DNA of 64,000 nt from contig OZ244744.1 of NCBI GenBank assembly GCA_965219455.1, positions 3,072,001-3,136,000 on the forward strand. The letters run 5' to 3'. A program made the translations under genes and the position numbers. A model generated the notes under the pieces. That model searched no databases and was not told where the DNA came from. It saw nothing but the letters and a program-made list of their open reading frames with translations. Shown piece after piece: positions 19,099 through 29,483 of the stretch. Every line of letters begins with the position of its first letter. Position 1 is the stretch's first letter. The DNA is from Candidatus Latescibacterota bacterium (GTDB lineage Bacteria > Latescibacterota > UBA2968 > GCA-2709665).

Positions 19099-20178
19099 AT
19101 GCCTCTCCCAGACAAACAGCCGCCGACCGCAACACAGGTCGCGCGCCACGTCGAAAGCGCTCTGGCTGAACGAATTCCGTCCGGCTGGTCACTTTCCGCT
19201 CGGACCAGGGCGCCTGCTGGTCGCTACCAGGTGGATCTGCTGGCAGAGATCGCGTCACCCGCCGGAGCTACCGCGGTCCTTGCCATTGAGGTCAAGCGCA
19301 CTCTGGAACCACGCGGCGTCCTCCATGCGATCGAGCAACTCACCGCGATCACGGCCGGCGCGATGCCTCGGGCGGTACCTGTGGTAGCGTCATCCTACCT
19401 CTCCCCCCGCGCCCGTACTCTCCTTCGTGAACGAGATGTCGGCTATATCGACACTACGGGCAATGTTCGCATCGAAGCTTCCAGGCCGGGGCTGTTCATT
19501 TCTGCCGACGGGGTTGATCGTGATCCCTGGCCAAGGGATCACAAGCTACAGTCGCTGCGGGGCCGGGGTGCTGCACGTGCAGTGAGGGCCATCATCGACA
19601 CAATTCCCCCGTACGGTGTCCGAGAGCTGGCCCAGTCCACCAGCGCGTCGGCGCCGACCCTGTCGCGCGTGTTGGACTTGCTCGAACGGGAAGCCATCGT
19701 GACCCGCGTACGAGGAGGAGTATCCGCCGTCGATTGGAAAGGCGCGATCAGGCGGTGGACTGAGGATTACGACCAGACGGACTCGAACACGTCTACGATG
19801 GCTCTTGAGCCACGGGGGATGTCGGCTCTCGAGAAGAAACTCCGCGCGACGAAGCTCGCGTACGTCGCCACCGGCGCGTTCGCCGCCCAGCGATTCGATC
19901 CGATTGCCCCGGCAGCACTGGCGGCCATCTACGTCACTGACTCGATCGAGTTCATCCAGCAACTGGATCTTCGGGAGACGGAAGCCGGCGCCAACGTGGT
20001 GATTCTAGAGCCTCTCGACCCCGTCGTCTTTGATCGGGCGGTCGACCGTGACGGCCTTCGTTGCGTCGCTCCCAGCCAGCTCGCCGCGGACCTCCTGACC
20101 GGTCCGGGTCGCGAACCATCGCAGGGTGAACACGTACTGACGTGGATGGAGAAGAACGAACATGTCTGGCGCTTCTGA
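19099..20178 (+). CDS. AbiEi-like (type IV TA) antitoxin / transcriptional regulator
   Basis: 'LAIEVK', 'GYIDTTGN', wHTH 'GVRELAQSTSASAPTLSRVLDLL', 'GANV', 'SQLAADLL..PGREP'. Confidence 0.75.
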   Translation: MPLPDKQPPTATQVARHVESALAERIPSGWSLSARTRAPAGRYQVDLLAEIASPAGATAVLAIEVKRTLEPRGVLHAIEQLTAITAGAMPRAVPVVASSYLSPRARTLLRERDVGYIDTTGNVRIEASRPGLFISADGVDRDPWPRDHKLQSLRGRGAARAVRAIIDTIPPYGVRELAQSTSASAPTLSRVLDLLEREAIVTRVRGGVSAVDWKGAIRRWTEDYDQTDSNTSTMALEPRGMSALEKKLRATKLAYVATGAFAAQRFDPIAPAALAAIYVTDSIEFIQQLDLRETEAGANVVILEPLDPVVFDRAVDRDGLRCVAPSQLAADLLTGPGREPSQGEHVLTWMEKNEHVWRF

Positions 20179-20990
20179 CCCTCTGTACGTACGCGCGCAC
20201 TGCGCTTCTCGACGCCGCCGAGGCGCTGGCCGAACAGCTCGATGCCGTCGTGCTCGTCGGCGCTCAGGCCGTCTATATCCACACAGGGGATGCGGATTTC
20301 GTCGCCACAGCTCCGTACACGACCGACGCCGACTTCTGCATAGCGCCAGAACATCTGAACGACACGCCTCTTCTGGATGAACTGCTGACCGCGCGCGGGT
20401 TCTCGCCCGGTGAGCATCCCGGCGCCTGGCTCAGCCCAGACCGCATTTCCGTTGACCTCATGGTCCCCGTAGTGCTGGCCGGAGCCGGTTCAAGGGGAGC
20501 CCGCCTGGGACCCCACGGCAAGAGAGTTGCAAGGCGTGCCAAAGGCCTGGAGGCAGCGCTTGTCGATCGGAAGCCAACAGTGATCACATCACTCACGCCA
20601 GGCGTCGAACGATCAGTCACAATGCTTGTCGCCGGGCCGGCGGCGCTTCTCGTCTCCAAGATACATAAGATCGCGGAGCGCACGGGCGCCGGTGATCGCA
20701 TCACGGACAAGGACGCGCTTGATATCCTGCGTCTGCTGCAGGCCATAGATACTGAAGCACTCGCGCAAGGCTTGGTTTTACTTGCGGCCCACAAGTTCTC
20801 CACGGAGGTAACAGCCGAAGCGATGTCCCAGCTCACGTCGTTGTTCGGTAGCCCACACGATGTGGGAATACGCATGGCGATCCGCGCCGCCCGCCCCAGC
20901 GTCGAGCAGGATGTGATTGCCGCTTCGTTCGCTGTACTCGTTTCAGATTTACTCGCCGCAACCGATAGACTGCTCGTTAACAGGCACTGA
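20162..20990 (+). pseudogene. AbiEii-like nucleotidyltransferase toxin, apparently frameshifted near codon 11
   Basis: 'VLVGAQAV', 'TTDAD', 'VDLMVP', 'K..KI.ER…DKDALD'; ATG 20162 frame (MSGASDPLYVRA) shifts to RTALLDA at CGCGCGC 20192-20198. Confidence 0.65.
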
Positions 20991-21002
20991 GGAAATCCAC
21001 GA

Positions 21003-21110
21003 ATGCTCAATAGAGGCTCTCAATGGAACCTGCGGGATCCGCATATCCATACTCTTATTAAGCAACCGGTTCGACGGAGCCCAACCGCGATGCGTGGAAG
21101 GGCCCTGGTG
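21003..21110 (+). pseudogene. N-terminal remnant of a PHP-domain/AAA ATPase (TrlF/Ppl-like)
   Basis: 'MLNRGSQWNLRDPHIHT' after GAGG RBS, resembling RGS.W..WD.H.HT; frame then lost. Confidence 0.5.
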
Positions 21111-21178
21111 AAAGTACAGTCGTCGTACTGGTTCAGTACGAATTGTCACAGCATCGCATGGATAAAAATGTGAACACC

Positions 21179-21886
21179 TCAGGTGTTTTGCTTCCTTAAA
21201 ACGCATGTGAATTTCTCTTTGTTCAAAACTGAATTGACAACCTGAAACGGAGATGCTTTCAGTTCTGCTATGAGATCTTCAGCGAAGAAAAAATGCAGGT
21301 AATTTGGTGATCCAAATGCAAATCCGTCCCCTTCTTCCAGGGTGTTATAGTTGAGAGCAAATCGATGATGGTTGTCATCGTATACCTCCTCGTAATTCTT
21401 CAGTACAGAATCCAGCACTGTCTGAGACATTAAAACTTCGCCATTTGGATATAACACACGCGAGATCTCTTCCAAGAAAGCGATTCTTGATGCGCGGTGG
21501 GGGACATAACAGTATACGTTTCCCATAAATGCAGCTGCAAATGATGTATTGGAAAAAGGTAGCGTCGGCATTTCATATTGTAGGAATGTCACGTCGATGG
21601 GTTCCTTTGCAGCATTTCGCCGTGCCTGTTCAATCTGCTTTTTTGCGACATCAATACCGGTGACGCTATATCCAAGCCGCGCAAGTGCGAAGCATAGTCG
21701 TCCTGTCGCACATCCGATGTCTAACAGGCGGCTGTCTACAGGGTACTTTCCAATAAACGCTTGTTCTTCCTCCCTGATACCGATTTTTAGTTCTTCTTTT
21801 CGGATTTCAAGTTCTGCAGGATCGTTGTACTTTTCCTTTACAGAGTCCAGTAATCTTTGGGATTCTTGTGAAATTTTAGCTTTCAT
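21179..21886 (-). CDS. Class I SAM-dependent methyltransferase
   Basis: 'LLDIGCATGR', 'VTGIDV', 'RVLYPNG'. Confidence 0.85.
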   Translation of the reverse strand: MKAKISQESQRLLDSVKEKYNDPAELEIRKEELKIGIREEEQAFIGKYPVDSRLLDIGCATGRLCFALARLGYSVTGIDVAKKQIEQARRNAAKEPIDVTFLQYEMPTLPFSNTSFAAAFMGNVYCYVPHRASRIAFLEEISRVLYPNGEVLMSQTVLDSVLKNYEEVYDDNHHRFALNYNTLEEGDGFAFGSPNYLHFFFAEDLIAELKASPFQVVNSVLNKEKFTCVLRKQNT

Positions 21887-21932
21887 GTGGAAGTTTAGCT
21901 CCCGTTGCTTGAGTCGCCTGGCCCCCGACTGA

Positions 21933-22871
21933 TTACCTCAGTCCATTGATTTCGTATCTTGAAACAAAGTTCCATATCAGCGCGCTTGTATTGGAGCCGT
22001 CGTAGTTGATATCAAACCAGACGTGTCCTCCGTCGATAACCTTATAGTGGTCAACAGAAGTATTGTCGTCTCCATCTGTATAGGAATAGCGTTCGATTGT
22101 TATTGCACCATCAGTCGCGCGATTTACCGTGGGAGTCGCACCGGTATTATTGAAACCTGTCCAATATGCAAGCACGTCGTCAATTGATTTTAATCCTTCA
22201 GTCCCGCCACCATAGGGGACATAGGCGTCCGATGTACCATGGATGTTTATCATGGCCGTGGGGTGTGACGGACTGCAGTTGTAATATGTTTCCTCCATCA
22301 TTGTTCCTGCAACGGATCCTATAGCCGCTATTTTATCACTATGATAGCAGGCAAGTGAATATGAAAAAAAGGCGCCATTTGAGTAACCACAGGAATATAC
22401 GCTTGCCGGGTCAATTTTGTAATTGGACGAGATTTCGTTGATCAGCGCTTCCACAAAGCCGAAGTCATCCGCATCACTTTTGTTGTCATCTGACTTTAAG
22501 CCGGCATTCCAGTGCGGGTCTCCATTCAGCAAGGTACCTTGAGGATAAACCAGAATAAAATTCCCTGTATCCGTCAATGACCGCATATCTGCGAAATTCA
22601 AATATTTGTCTGCGGTCTGACCAAATCCGTGAAAGTTGAGCATCAGTGGGACGCTAGCATCTCCATCATAAGAATCCGGCACATACACGATATATTCTCT
22701 TGTTATTCCGTTATGGGACAGTGTTTGTGCAAATAATCCTGCTGTAGCAGGTGCATCGAGTGGCACGTCGTCATTTCCTGAGCAGGAAAACAGGCTTGAC
22801 AATGCCACAGTGACAACAAAAAAAAGCCTCAACATCAAGGCGGTCCCAAAGTTCTGTTTTGTAAGTATCAC
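21933..22871 (-). CDS. PHB depolymerase/LpqC-family esterase, probable lipoprotein
   Basis: 'LNFHG', 'GYSNG' nucleophile elbow, 'IHGTSD', 'GGHVW'; lipobox LFSC. Confidence 0.85.
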   Translation of the reverse strand: MILTKQNFGTALMLRLFFVVTVALSSLFSCSGNDDVPLDAPATAGLFAQTLSHNGITREYIVYVPDSYDGDASVPLMLNFHGFGQTADKYLNFADMRSLTDTGNFILVYPQGTLLNGDPHWNAGLKSDDNKSDADDFGFVEALINEISSNYKIDPASVYSCGYSNGAFFSYSLACYHSDKIAAIGSVAGTMMEETYYNCSPSHPTAMINIHGTSDAYVPYGGGTEGLKSIDDVLAYWTGFNNTGATPTVNRATDGAITIERYSYTDGDDNTSVDHYKVIDGGHVWFDINYDGSNTSALIWNFVSRYEINGLR

Positions 22872-23770
22872 ACGATTCTTCCGGTGATTTGAAATCCTCC
22901 CCCAACCCCTTAACGTCCCCTATTCCAATGCCCTTTTCGAAAGGCGGGGAGACGGAAGAGGGTAGACGCAAGAGCACCACGCTTCACATCACAGGGCACA
23001 CGCTACCCTAAGCAATTCTCTTCCCTTTAGATATTGCGAGAGTCCTGTCGCGGACGCCTCGTATGACAGAGTTACCAACACCTCTAACGTGACTTAGTCT
23101 GCCAACACCGATTTTGTTTTTGACAGATCCACCGGTTTTTAAAATTAACACTCTTGATAGCGCGCGAGGTATGATCAAGGTGGCATGTGGTGCTTCTTTT
23201 TAGGTATCGTGATGGGTGCGTGTAGTCAGTCCGGCGGTAGTTATCGCGCTCCCAAACCCTTTCCACAGACACCAAAGAACCACTTGGAAAGGAGACCCAA
23301 AACACTAATTACATACCCCGTCCGAAACCCCACAATCGCCACTTCCAAGTGGCCTGATTAGACCTTACAGTCAGACTTTCAGGCAAGATGCTTTCATGTT
23401 TCTTCATGCTGCCAGCTAACGAAAGGCGTTGAAATGTCCTCTCCGCATCAGCCGTCGCAGGCCCTTCGGTGCTTCGACAACGCTTCGACAAGCTCAGGGC
23501 AAGCCTCAGGGACATCAAGATCACGGACCGGCTCGGCTTCTGCCTGCCTGTCTGCGGACGCAGGCAGGCGACTCCCCCTCAACGGGGAGTGATTAGACCA
23601 CTTAACGGGCTCGCGCGTTCAATGTGCCGCCTATTTGGTTGCTGCTGAGTACAGCGAAGCCGCGTTAGGGCGATCAGTGACAAGGTTATGTCACCAATAT
23701 GCGGACAAAAAAGAACGCCCTGGACCGGAGTATAACCCAGGGGCGGACAATGCGTGAATATGTCTCTAAA

Positions 23771-24274
23771 TCAATCCCTCCAGCGAGTTGTCTTCAAGAA
23801 CCATTCCCACTCCTTTTTTGCTTCTTGATACTCGGATCTCATAGTGTCGATGGAGTCTACCGGAGCGCCTTTTATCTCCATATTTTCTAGTTTCAATCTT
23901 AAAAGTTCTGTCTGATTCATAAGACTAAAGCCCTTAATATGGATGAGGTTATTGGGGACGTCAAGATTTCTGTATTCCCAACTGAGCAGTTTATAACGAG
24001 CTATAGAAAGAGAATCAGCCGGCACTTTGAAAGTAAGTACAAGGTCTTTCGGATAGCGAAAACCCGTATATAACTTTATGGGTCCTGAATATCGTCGAAA
24101 AAGGGCCAAAATGTCGCCAAACTCTGATACCCATTTTTCACATCGTTCGACACTAAGTAGAAAATCACGCCGAGAAAATTGTTCAGGTTTCACATAGGAT
24201 TCATCCATATTTTCTACAGCCGTACTGGGAGACCAGGAAAGGAGGAATACCAAGAGGAAGATGAATTTTTTCAT
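23771..24274 (-). CDS. Secreted hypothetical protein
   Basis: Signal peptide MKKFIFLLVFLL; GGAG RBS; AT-rich. Confidence 0.6.
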   Translation of the reverse strand: MKKFIFLLVFLLSWSPSTAVENMDESYVKPEQFSRRDFLLSVERCEKWVSEFGDILALFRRYSGPIKLYTGFRYPKDLVLTFKVPADSLSIARYKLLSWEYRNLDVPNNLIHIKGFSLMNQTELLRLKLENMEIKGAPVDSIDTMRSEYQEAKKEWEWFLKTTRWRD

Positions 24275-24279
24275 AACTC

Positions 24280-24879
24280 CTACTCCCTCGCTATTCGGGC
24301 TTGCTTTATTAAGGCGCCTTCAACGGCAGAGAGGTCAAATTTGAAGGTCCATTTATCCAGGTGTTTTACTACTTCTGAAGGGTGCTGGCCCGGTTTTCGT
24401 TTAGGGAGTTCCCGTAGAAATACATAGAGTGTACGAAATTCACCAGTCTTTAATTGCCGGAGCATAGGTTTCGAATCATGGGCCGAGAACAAGAGAAGAT
24501 TACGATTTTTGTAATATTCCGTAAAGGTACAAGGGAATATCCCCATTAATTCCGAACCATGCTTAGTATTTAACCGAAATACGACATCTTGAGTGAATTC
24601 ATTTTTCTGTTTGGGATTAACAAAACGGTCATATGGGTAATCAATAACAATGAAGGTAGGTGCGATAAGAAGTGTGCAATGAAGCGGATCTGCTTGATCC
24701 TTAGCGTCAAATCGATACCGAGAACCAATCTCACCCCGTTTTTCCAACAAAGTTACTTCTTCGAAAGGCGCACGTGTCCGAGTCATCGTCCAACCCGAAT
24801 CAAGTGTATCAGGAAGACTCGCCAATGCGTGATGATCAGCAAAAATCACTAGAAACAGCAATAGGATCAGGCGATACAT
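24280..24879 (-). CDS. Secreted hypothetical protein
   Basis: Signal peptide; operon spacing with neighbours. Confidence 0.6.
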   Translation of the reverse strand: MYRLILLLFLVIFADHHALASLPDTLDSGWTMTRTRAPFEEVTLLEKRGEIGSRYRFDAKDQADPLHCTLLIAPTFIVIDYPYDRFVNPKQKNEFTQDVVFRLNTKHGSELMGIFPCTFTEYYKNRNLLLFSAHDSKPMLRQLKTGEFRTLYVFLRELPKRKPGQHPSEVVKHLDKWTFKFDLSAVEGALIKQARIARE

Positions 24880-24910
24880 TTAGTCCACACCTATTCGGTG
24901 ATTGTGTCTT

Positions 24911-26347
24911 TCAAAACGGACAATAGCCCTGCTCAATAAAATGGTAGGAACGGACGGCCGCTTCTCGAACAGCTAATTCTGGATCATTCATAATCAGTTC
25001 TTTTAAAAGAGTCATTATTTCTTCACCACCGTAATATATAAACAAACTGACTATTTGCGCGCGGGTAGCATTATTTGAAGAACGAGCCGCCTGGAGCAAT
25101 GCCTCTCTTATCTGATTTCTTCGTTGCTCGCTAGGGGACCCGAGCAACCCATGGTGTACTATCCCTGTGCGAAGCATTTTAACTAGGGTTTGTTGGCGAT
25201 CAGGAAACTGATGTTGCAGGAGGATCTTTGTGATACTCTCAGTCACCTGCTCAGAAGAATGGTCTAACCACACACCAAATTCCTCTAGAAAAGTAACAAA
25301 ACGTTCGTCTGCCTGATCAACAATCATAGCGTAAAGCGCCCTACTTCGTACCGAATCAATCGCTGAGGATTTGAAAACAGAATAGCGAAGGTCGTGGGAT
25401 CTAGCTGAATCGATATAGTGATTTGTTATTTTCAATAATAATTGTCGATATGGCTCCGGCCACTGTTCTTGCGGCAAGGTGTTCAAGTTATCGATCAAGG
25501 TAAAGGCGATCCAAAAGTCCATCGGTACGCTCACGCGTTCCCAATCTTCCAGTTGTTGTAAGCGTGGGTATTTAATCTCTGCAAACCATTCTGACGCTTC
25601 TGGTATCACTTTTATAACATTCCAAGCCTTATTGCGTTCACGTAATCTTGGTGCATGTCTACTGACCGAATCTAATATCGCGAACATATGCCGGTCAGCC
25701 GAGTCTGAAAAATTACTTAGAGCTTCCAAGGCTGTTTCTTTAGCCCTTCCATTGCGAACTACGTGTAGCAATCCCTTCTTGATCTGTTCCCACTCTTTCC
25801 CTTCCTTTAATAGGAATGGTCCTTCTTTGAACATCTTTTTAAAGGTATTTATGGCATAGTATTGATAGTGCCAATTATTGTCGTGATACAAGGCTCTTGC
25901 AGTAGCCTCAACAGCACCTGCACCAATAGCGACTAAACCATCAATGCTTTTATTTGAACCATGGTGCAACCAACTTGCCAGAAAAGGCGCAAAACGAGCA
26001 TCTTCTTGTCTCCCAGCTAACGCTACAAACTCATATTCAAGCTCCATGTTTGTATCGTAGTCAGGTCTTCCTCGTTCTCCCCAATCTACTTCGCTAGGAT
26101 TCCTCTGCAAGGCGGTACGTATTTCATTATATTTTTCTAAAGTCTCCAGCAAAAAAACCCTGGCATGCTCCGGTAGGGGTGGCAAATATATACTCATTTG
26201 ATATAGTACGTCGTACACCGTGCTCGCGTTTCCATCTCCCAATGCTGTTCTCCACTCATGTACCTGTTCTTTGGATATAAGTTCATCCGCTTGTATCGTC
26301 AGCGGCGTGAGGCCCACAATAACAATAGCAAATACGGCAATTCGCAT
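24911..26347 (-). CDS. Secreted HEAT-repeat-like hypothetical protein
   Basis: Signal peptide from MRIAVF; helical repeats such as 'DPELAVREAAVRS' and a repeated QED/QADERF motif. Confidence 0.55.
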   Translation of the reverse strand: MRIAVFAIVIVGLTPLTIQADELISKEQVHEWRTALGDGNASTVYDVLYQMSIYLPPLPEHARVFLLETLEKYNEIRTALQRNPSEVDWGERGRPDYDTNMELEYEFVALAGRQEDARFAPFLASWLHHGSNKSIDGLVAIGAGAVEATARALYHDNNWHYQYYAINTFKKMFKEGPFLLKEGKEWEQIKKGLLHVVRNGRAKETALEALSNFSDSADRHMFAILDSVSRHAPRLRERNKAWNVIKVIPEASEWFAEIKYPRLQQLEDWERVSVPMDFWIAFTLIDNLNTLPQEQWPEPYRQLLLKITNHYIDSARSHDLRYSVFKSSAIDSVRSRALYAMIVDQADERFVTFLEEFGVWLDHSSEQVTESITKILLQHQFPDRQQTLVKMLRTGIVHHGLLGSPSEQRRNQIREALLQAARSSNNATRAQIVSLFIYYGGEEIMTLLKELIMNDPELAVREAAVRSYHFIEQGYCPF

Positions 26348-26636
26348 CACACTATTCCCTGCGTTTAAAAGAGACCGGCAGGATAACGCCGAAAACGGGA
26401 GGCTTCGACTATTGGTTCTCCGGACACGGCTACTTACTGTCATAAATTCCAGGCTTACCAGTCTCACAGTAATCCTACGGAAGCCATTTTGCTCTGCTCT
26501 CCCTTTCCTTTAGGAGAGGGCTTCGAGGGGAGGAGGTTTAGCTGACGGCTGTTGGCTGAGTGCTGCCGTTGGGGTGCTTTTCGTCGGCTCGGTCAACGAT
26601 TCACAGGCTCCCTGCAAGGACTTCGCGGGGCCCCTC

Positions 26637-27287
26637 TCAATAAATGCCGGGAATAATCCGGTACTTCACCCGCGCCTGATATTCCGCCCACTTTTCGGGG
26701 CCGTATTTCTCGGCACAGCGCCTGTCGTCCTGAACCTGACGTATGGTGAACAACGTGACGATGAAGACAAAGTAGGTCCAGGCCCAGAGATTGGTGAAGT
26801 GGCCGAACACCAGGGCGATTGACAGGGAAAGAAACCCCTCGCCCAGGTAGTTGAAGTGGCGGGCGACACCCCATAGAACGCTGCACAGGATCTTGCGGTC
26901 ACCGGCCTCAATAGATTCAGGCTCGATGAGACCCAGAAACTTGCGCTCCGGCCATCGCTTGAACGTGTATTTCTGCATATTGGCGCCGCGCGAGATCCCC
27001 CACCCGACCAGAAACAGCGCAGGCGTTCCGATGAGCCAAAACTTCGACCACGCCGGCGAGAATCCGGGGTCCGGGTAAGCGGCCATGGCCCACAGCGCCA
27101 GGAGCGCATTCTTTATCCTGCCTTGCGGCTGGCTGAACACCGCTACGACTGTAAAGATAGTGGTGAAAACCGTTCCGCCGGCCACGGCATAGATCGATGA
27201 CCGGTAGAACCAGTCGCGCGTCAGCCCGGTGAGCTCGAACGCCCACACGATCAGCGCGATTGTAAATACCAGAATACCGTTCAGCCG
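26637..27287 (-). pseudogene. ERG4/ERG24 sterol reductase-family gene, 3' part (IS-disrupted)
   Basis: 'RLNGIL', 'RGANMQKYTFK', 'WGVARHFNYLGE', 'RQVQDDRRCAEKYG..W.EY..RVKYRIIPGIY'. Confidence 0.8.
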
Positions 27288-27291
27288 TTAG

Positions 27292-29179
27292 TCTCTAATT
27301 AAGCGGGTTTTTTGAGATTTTTATGTACAAAAGTACCGGAAAGACTTATCTTAGTTGGAGTTAGAAGTATCAGACAGTCTGTTGATACACCAACGAAGGG
27401 GGTCTTTCCGGTGAAGAGAATATCGGTAAAAGAAAGCCGCAGGAACAGTGTTAATTGTGGGCGCAAGGTACGTACTCGGCAAAAGCTTGGCGGTCGTTTT
27501 TGTGCACAAGGCAAGCCGATGTTTGGCAGCACCTATGTGCATTACGAGGTCAGCGCGCAAGCAGCAGCGATGAGCTGCGGTGGCATTGCGGCCGTGCATC
27601 GTCTGGTGACCAAATTGGGATTGGTCGAAGAGATAGACGAGAAGTTGAAGTTGTTGAAGGTTCATCTGCCGTATCATGAGTCGGATCACGTGTTGAACCT
27701 TGCCTACAACGTGATGTGCGGTGGCACGCGTCTGGAAGACATCGAGCGTTTGCGGCACGACGAGGCCTACATGAATGCGTTGAACGCGAAGCTGATCCCG
27801 GACCCGACGACTGCGGGCGACTTTACGCGTCGCTTCACGGAAGCTGACGTGATCGGGCTGATGGACTGCATTAACGCGGTACGGTCTAAGTTGTGGCGCA
27901 CGCGGGCCGCCAGTTTGCTTTCTTCGGTAGCGTACATCGACGTGGATGGCACAAGCGCCCCAACGTATGGGGAGAAGAAGGGCGGCATGGACATCTCCTA
28001 CAAGGGCGTGTGGGGGTATGCGCCCCTGATCGTATCGTTGGCCAATACCAAAGAGGTGCTGTATATCGTCAACCGTCCGGGCAACGCGTCTTCTCACCAG
28101 GGGGCCGCCCCCTGGATCGATGCGTCCATCCGGGTGGTGAAGCCCCACGCCAAGCGCGTGTGCCTACGCGGCGACACGGACTTTTCGCTTACGGCTCACC
28201 TCGATCGCTGGGCAAAGGACGTCGATTTCATCTTCGGGATGGACTGCAATGACGCCTTACGAACACGGGCCAAGGCCCTTGACGAAGCCAACTGGCAGCG
28301 CCTGCACCGACCTCACGCGCCCCAGAAAAGGCAGCGGCGCGACAATGAGAAGCAGCGTATCGTCAAGGCGCGGGGCTACCTCAAGCTGGCGCTGAACTTC
28401 GAAGACGTGGCCGAGTTTGACTACCAGCCCGGCAAGTGCAAACGCCCCTACCGCGTTGTGGCGCTGCGAAAAAACATCAGTAAGGCCAAAGGTGAGCAGA
28501 CCCTCTTCGACGAAATCCGCTATTTCTTCTACATCACCACGCGCGACGACCTGACGCCCGCCGAGGTCGTCTTTGCTGCCAACAAACGATGCGACCAGGA
28601 AAACGTCATCGAACAGCTCAAGAACGGCGTCAATGCCCTGCGCGTGCCCTTGTATGACTTGATCAGCAACTGGGCCTACATGGTCATCGCCGCGCTGGCC
28701 TGGAACATCAAGGCGTGGTTTGCCTTGATGATGCATCGAAAAAAACACCGCCGACACTATATCCGTATGGACTTCCGGACCTTCCTCTCACACATCATCC
28801 TTTTTCCCTGTCGTGTCGTGCGACACGCCCGAAGCACCACCGTGCGCATCATCGGCTATCAGCCGTCACTGAATAGACTCTTGAGCGCCTGGGCTACCAT
28901 CGAACGCACCGGCTTCACATGACACCCGCACGAACCGTCATCACATACCACGGGATCCACGACGCCCACGGCGACGTAACGGACAAATACGCCTACACCA
29001 CAACCAGACACCAACAACACACCCCTAACGCTGCGCTTTACCACACCAACTTACACTCCACAAACCTCAAAACGACCTCCCGCGCACCTCAATAGACAAC
29101 ACACATACGTCATTCAACCACAACGTCGCACAAATCTGCAATTCTGTTCACCAAACACCAATACTCGCTTATTTTAGGG
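27292..29179 (+). mobile_element. IS1380-family insertion sequence
   Basis: Imperfect TIRs (TAAGCG.GT core); TTAG(T) direct repeats at 27288-27292 and 29180-29184; splits a gene. Confidence 0.85.
27411..28922 (+). CDS. IS1380-family DDE transposase
   Basis: 'PYHESDHVL', 'IPDPTTAGDF.RRF', 'IDVDGT', 'LRGDTDF', 'RCDQENVIEQLK'; start position uncertain. Confidence 0.9.
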   Translation: MKRISVKESRRNSVNCGRKVRTRQKLGGRFCAQGKPMFGSTYVHYEVSAQAAAMSCGGIAAVHRLVTKLGLVEEIDEKLKLLKVHLPYHESDHVLNLAYNVMCGGTRLEDIERLRHDEAYMNALNAKLIPDPTTAGDFTRRFTEADVIGLMDCINAVRSKLWRTRAASLLSSVAYIDVDGTSAPTYGEKKGGMDISYKGVWGYAPLIVSLANTKEVLYIVNRPGNASSHQGAAPWIDASIRVVKPHAKRVCLRGDTDFSLTAHLDRWAKDVDFIFGMDCNDALRTRAKALDEANWQRLHRPHAPQKRQRRDNEKQRIVKARGYLKLALNFEDVAEFDYQPGKCKRPYRVVALRKNISKAKGEQTLFDEIRYFFYITTRDDLTPAEVVFAANKRCDQENVIEQLKNGVNALRVPLYDLISNWAYMVIAALAWNIKAWFALMMHRKKHRRHYIRMDFRTFLSHIILFPCRVVRHARSTTVRIIGYQPSLNRLLSAWATIERTGFT

Positions 29180-29368
29180 TTAGTTGCGGGGCTCGCCGGT
29201 CTCCGGATTGATGACGTAGCCGGGAACCCGTTTTCCAGGCCGTATGAGCTGCGCCAGGAAAAACACGGCGAAGATCACGAGCGGGGTGAAATACCCCGCA
29301 ATCGCTTCCGTCCCTGAAAGTTCGAAAAGGTGGCCAATACCGAGCCATTCAATCATCGTCGAATGCAC
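29180..29368 (-). pseudogene. ERG4/ERG24-family gene, 5' part
   Basis: 'AQLIRPGKRVPGYV…GEPRN' joins in frame to 'RLNGIL' across the IS. Confidence 0.75.
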
Positions 29369-29483
29369 CTTCCTCCAGTGACGGGGTCATTCTCGATGAT
29401 AGTCTCCATCAGCTTGCCGGAGGGGAGTCGACGGTGGTAAGTTCGCGGGCCGCCGGCCAACGCAAAGAGCAGTTTGGCCGTGT

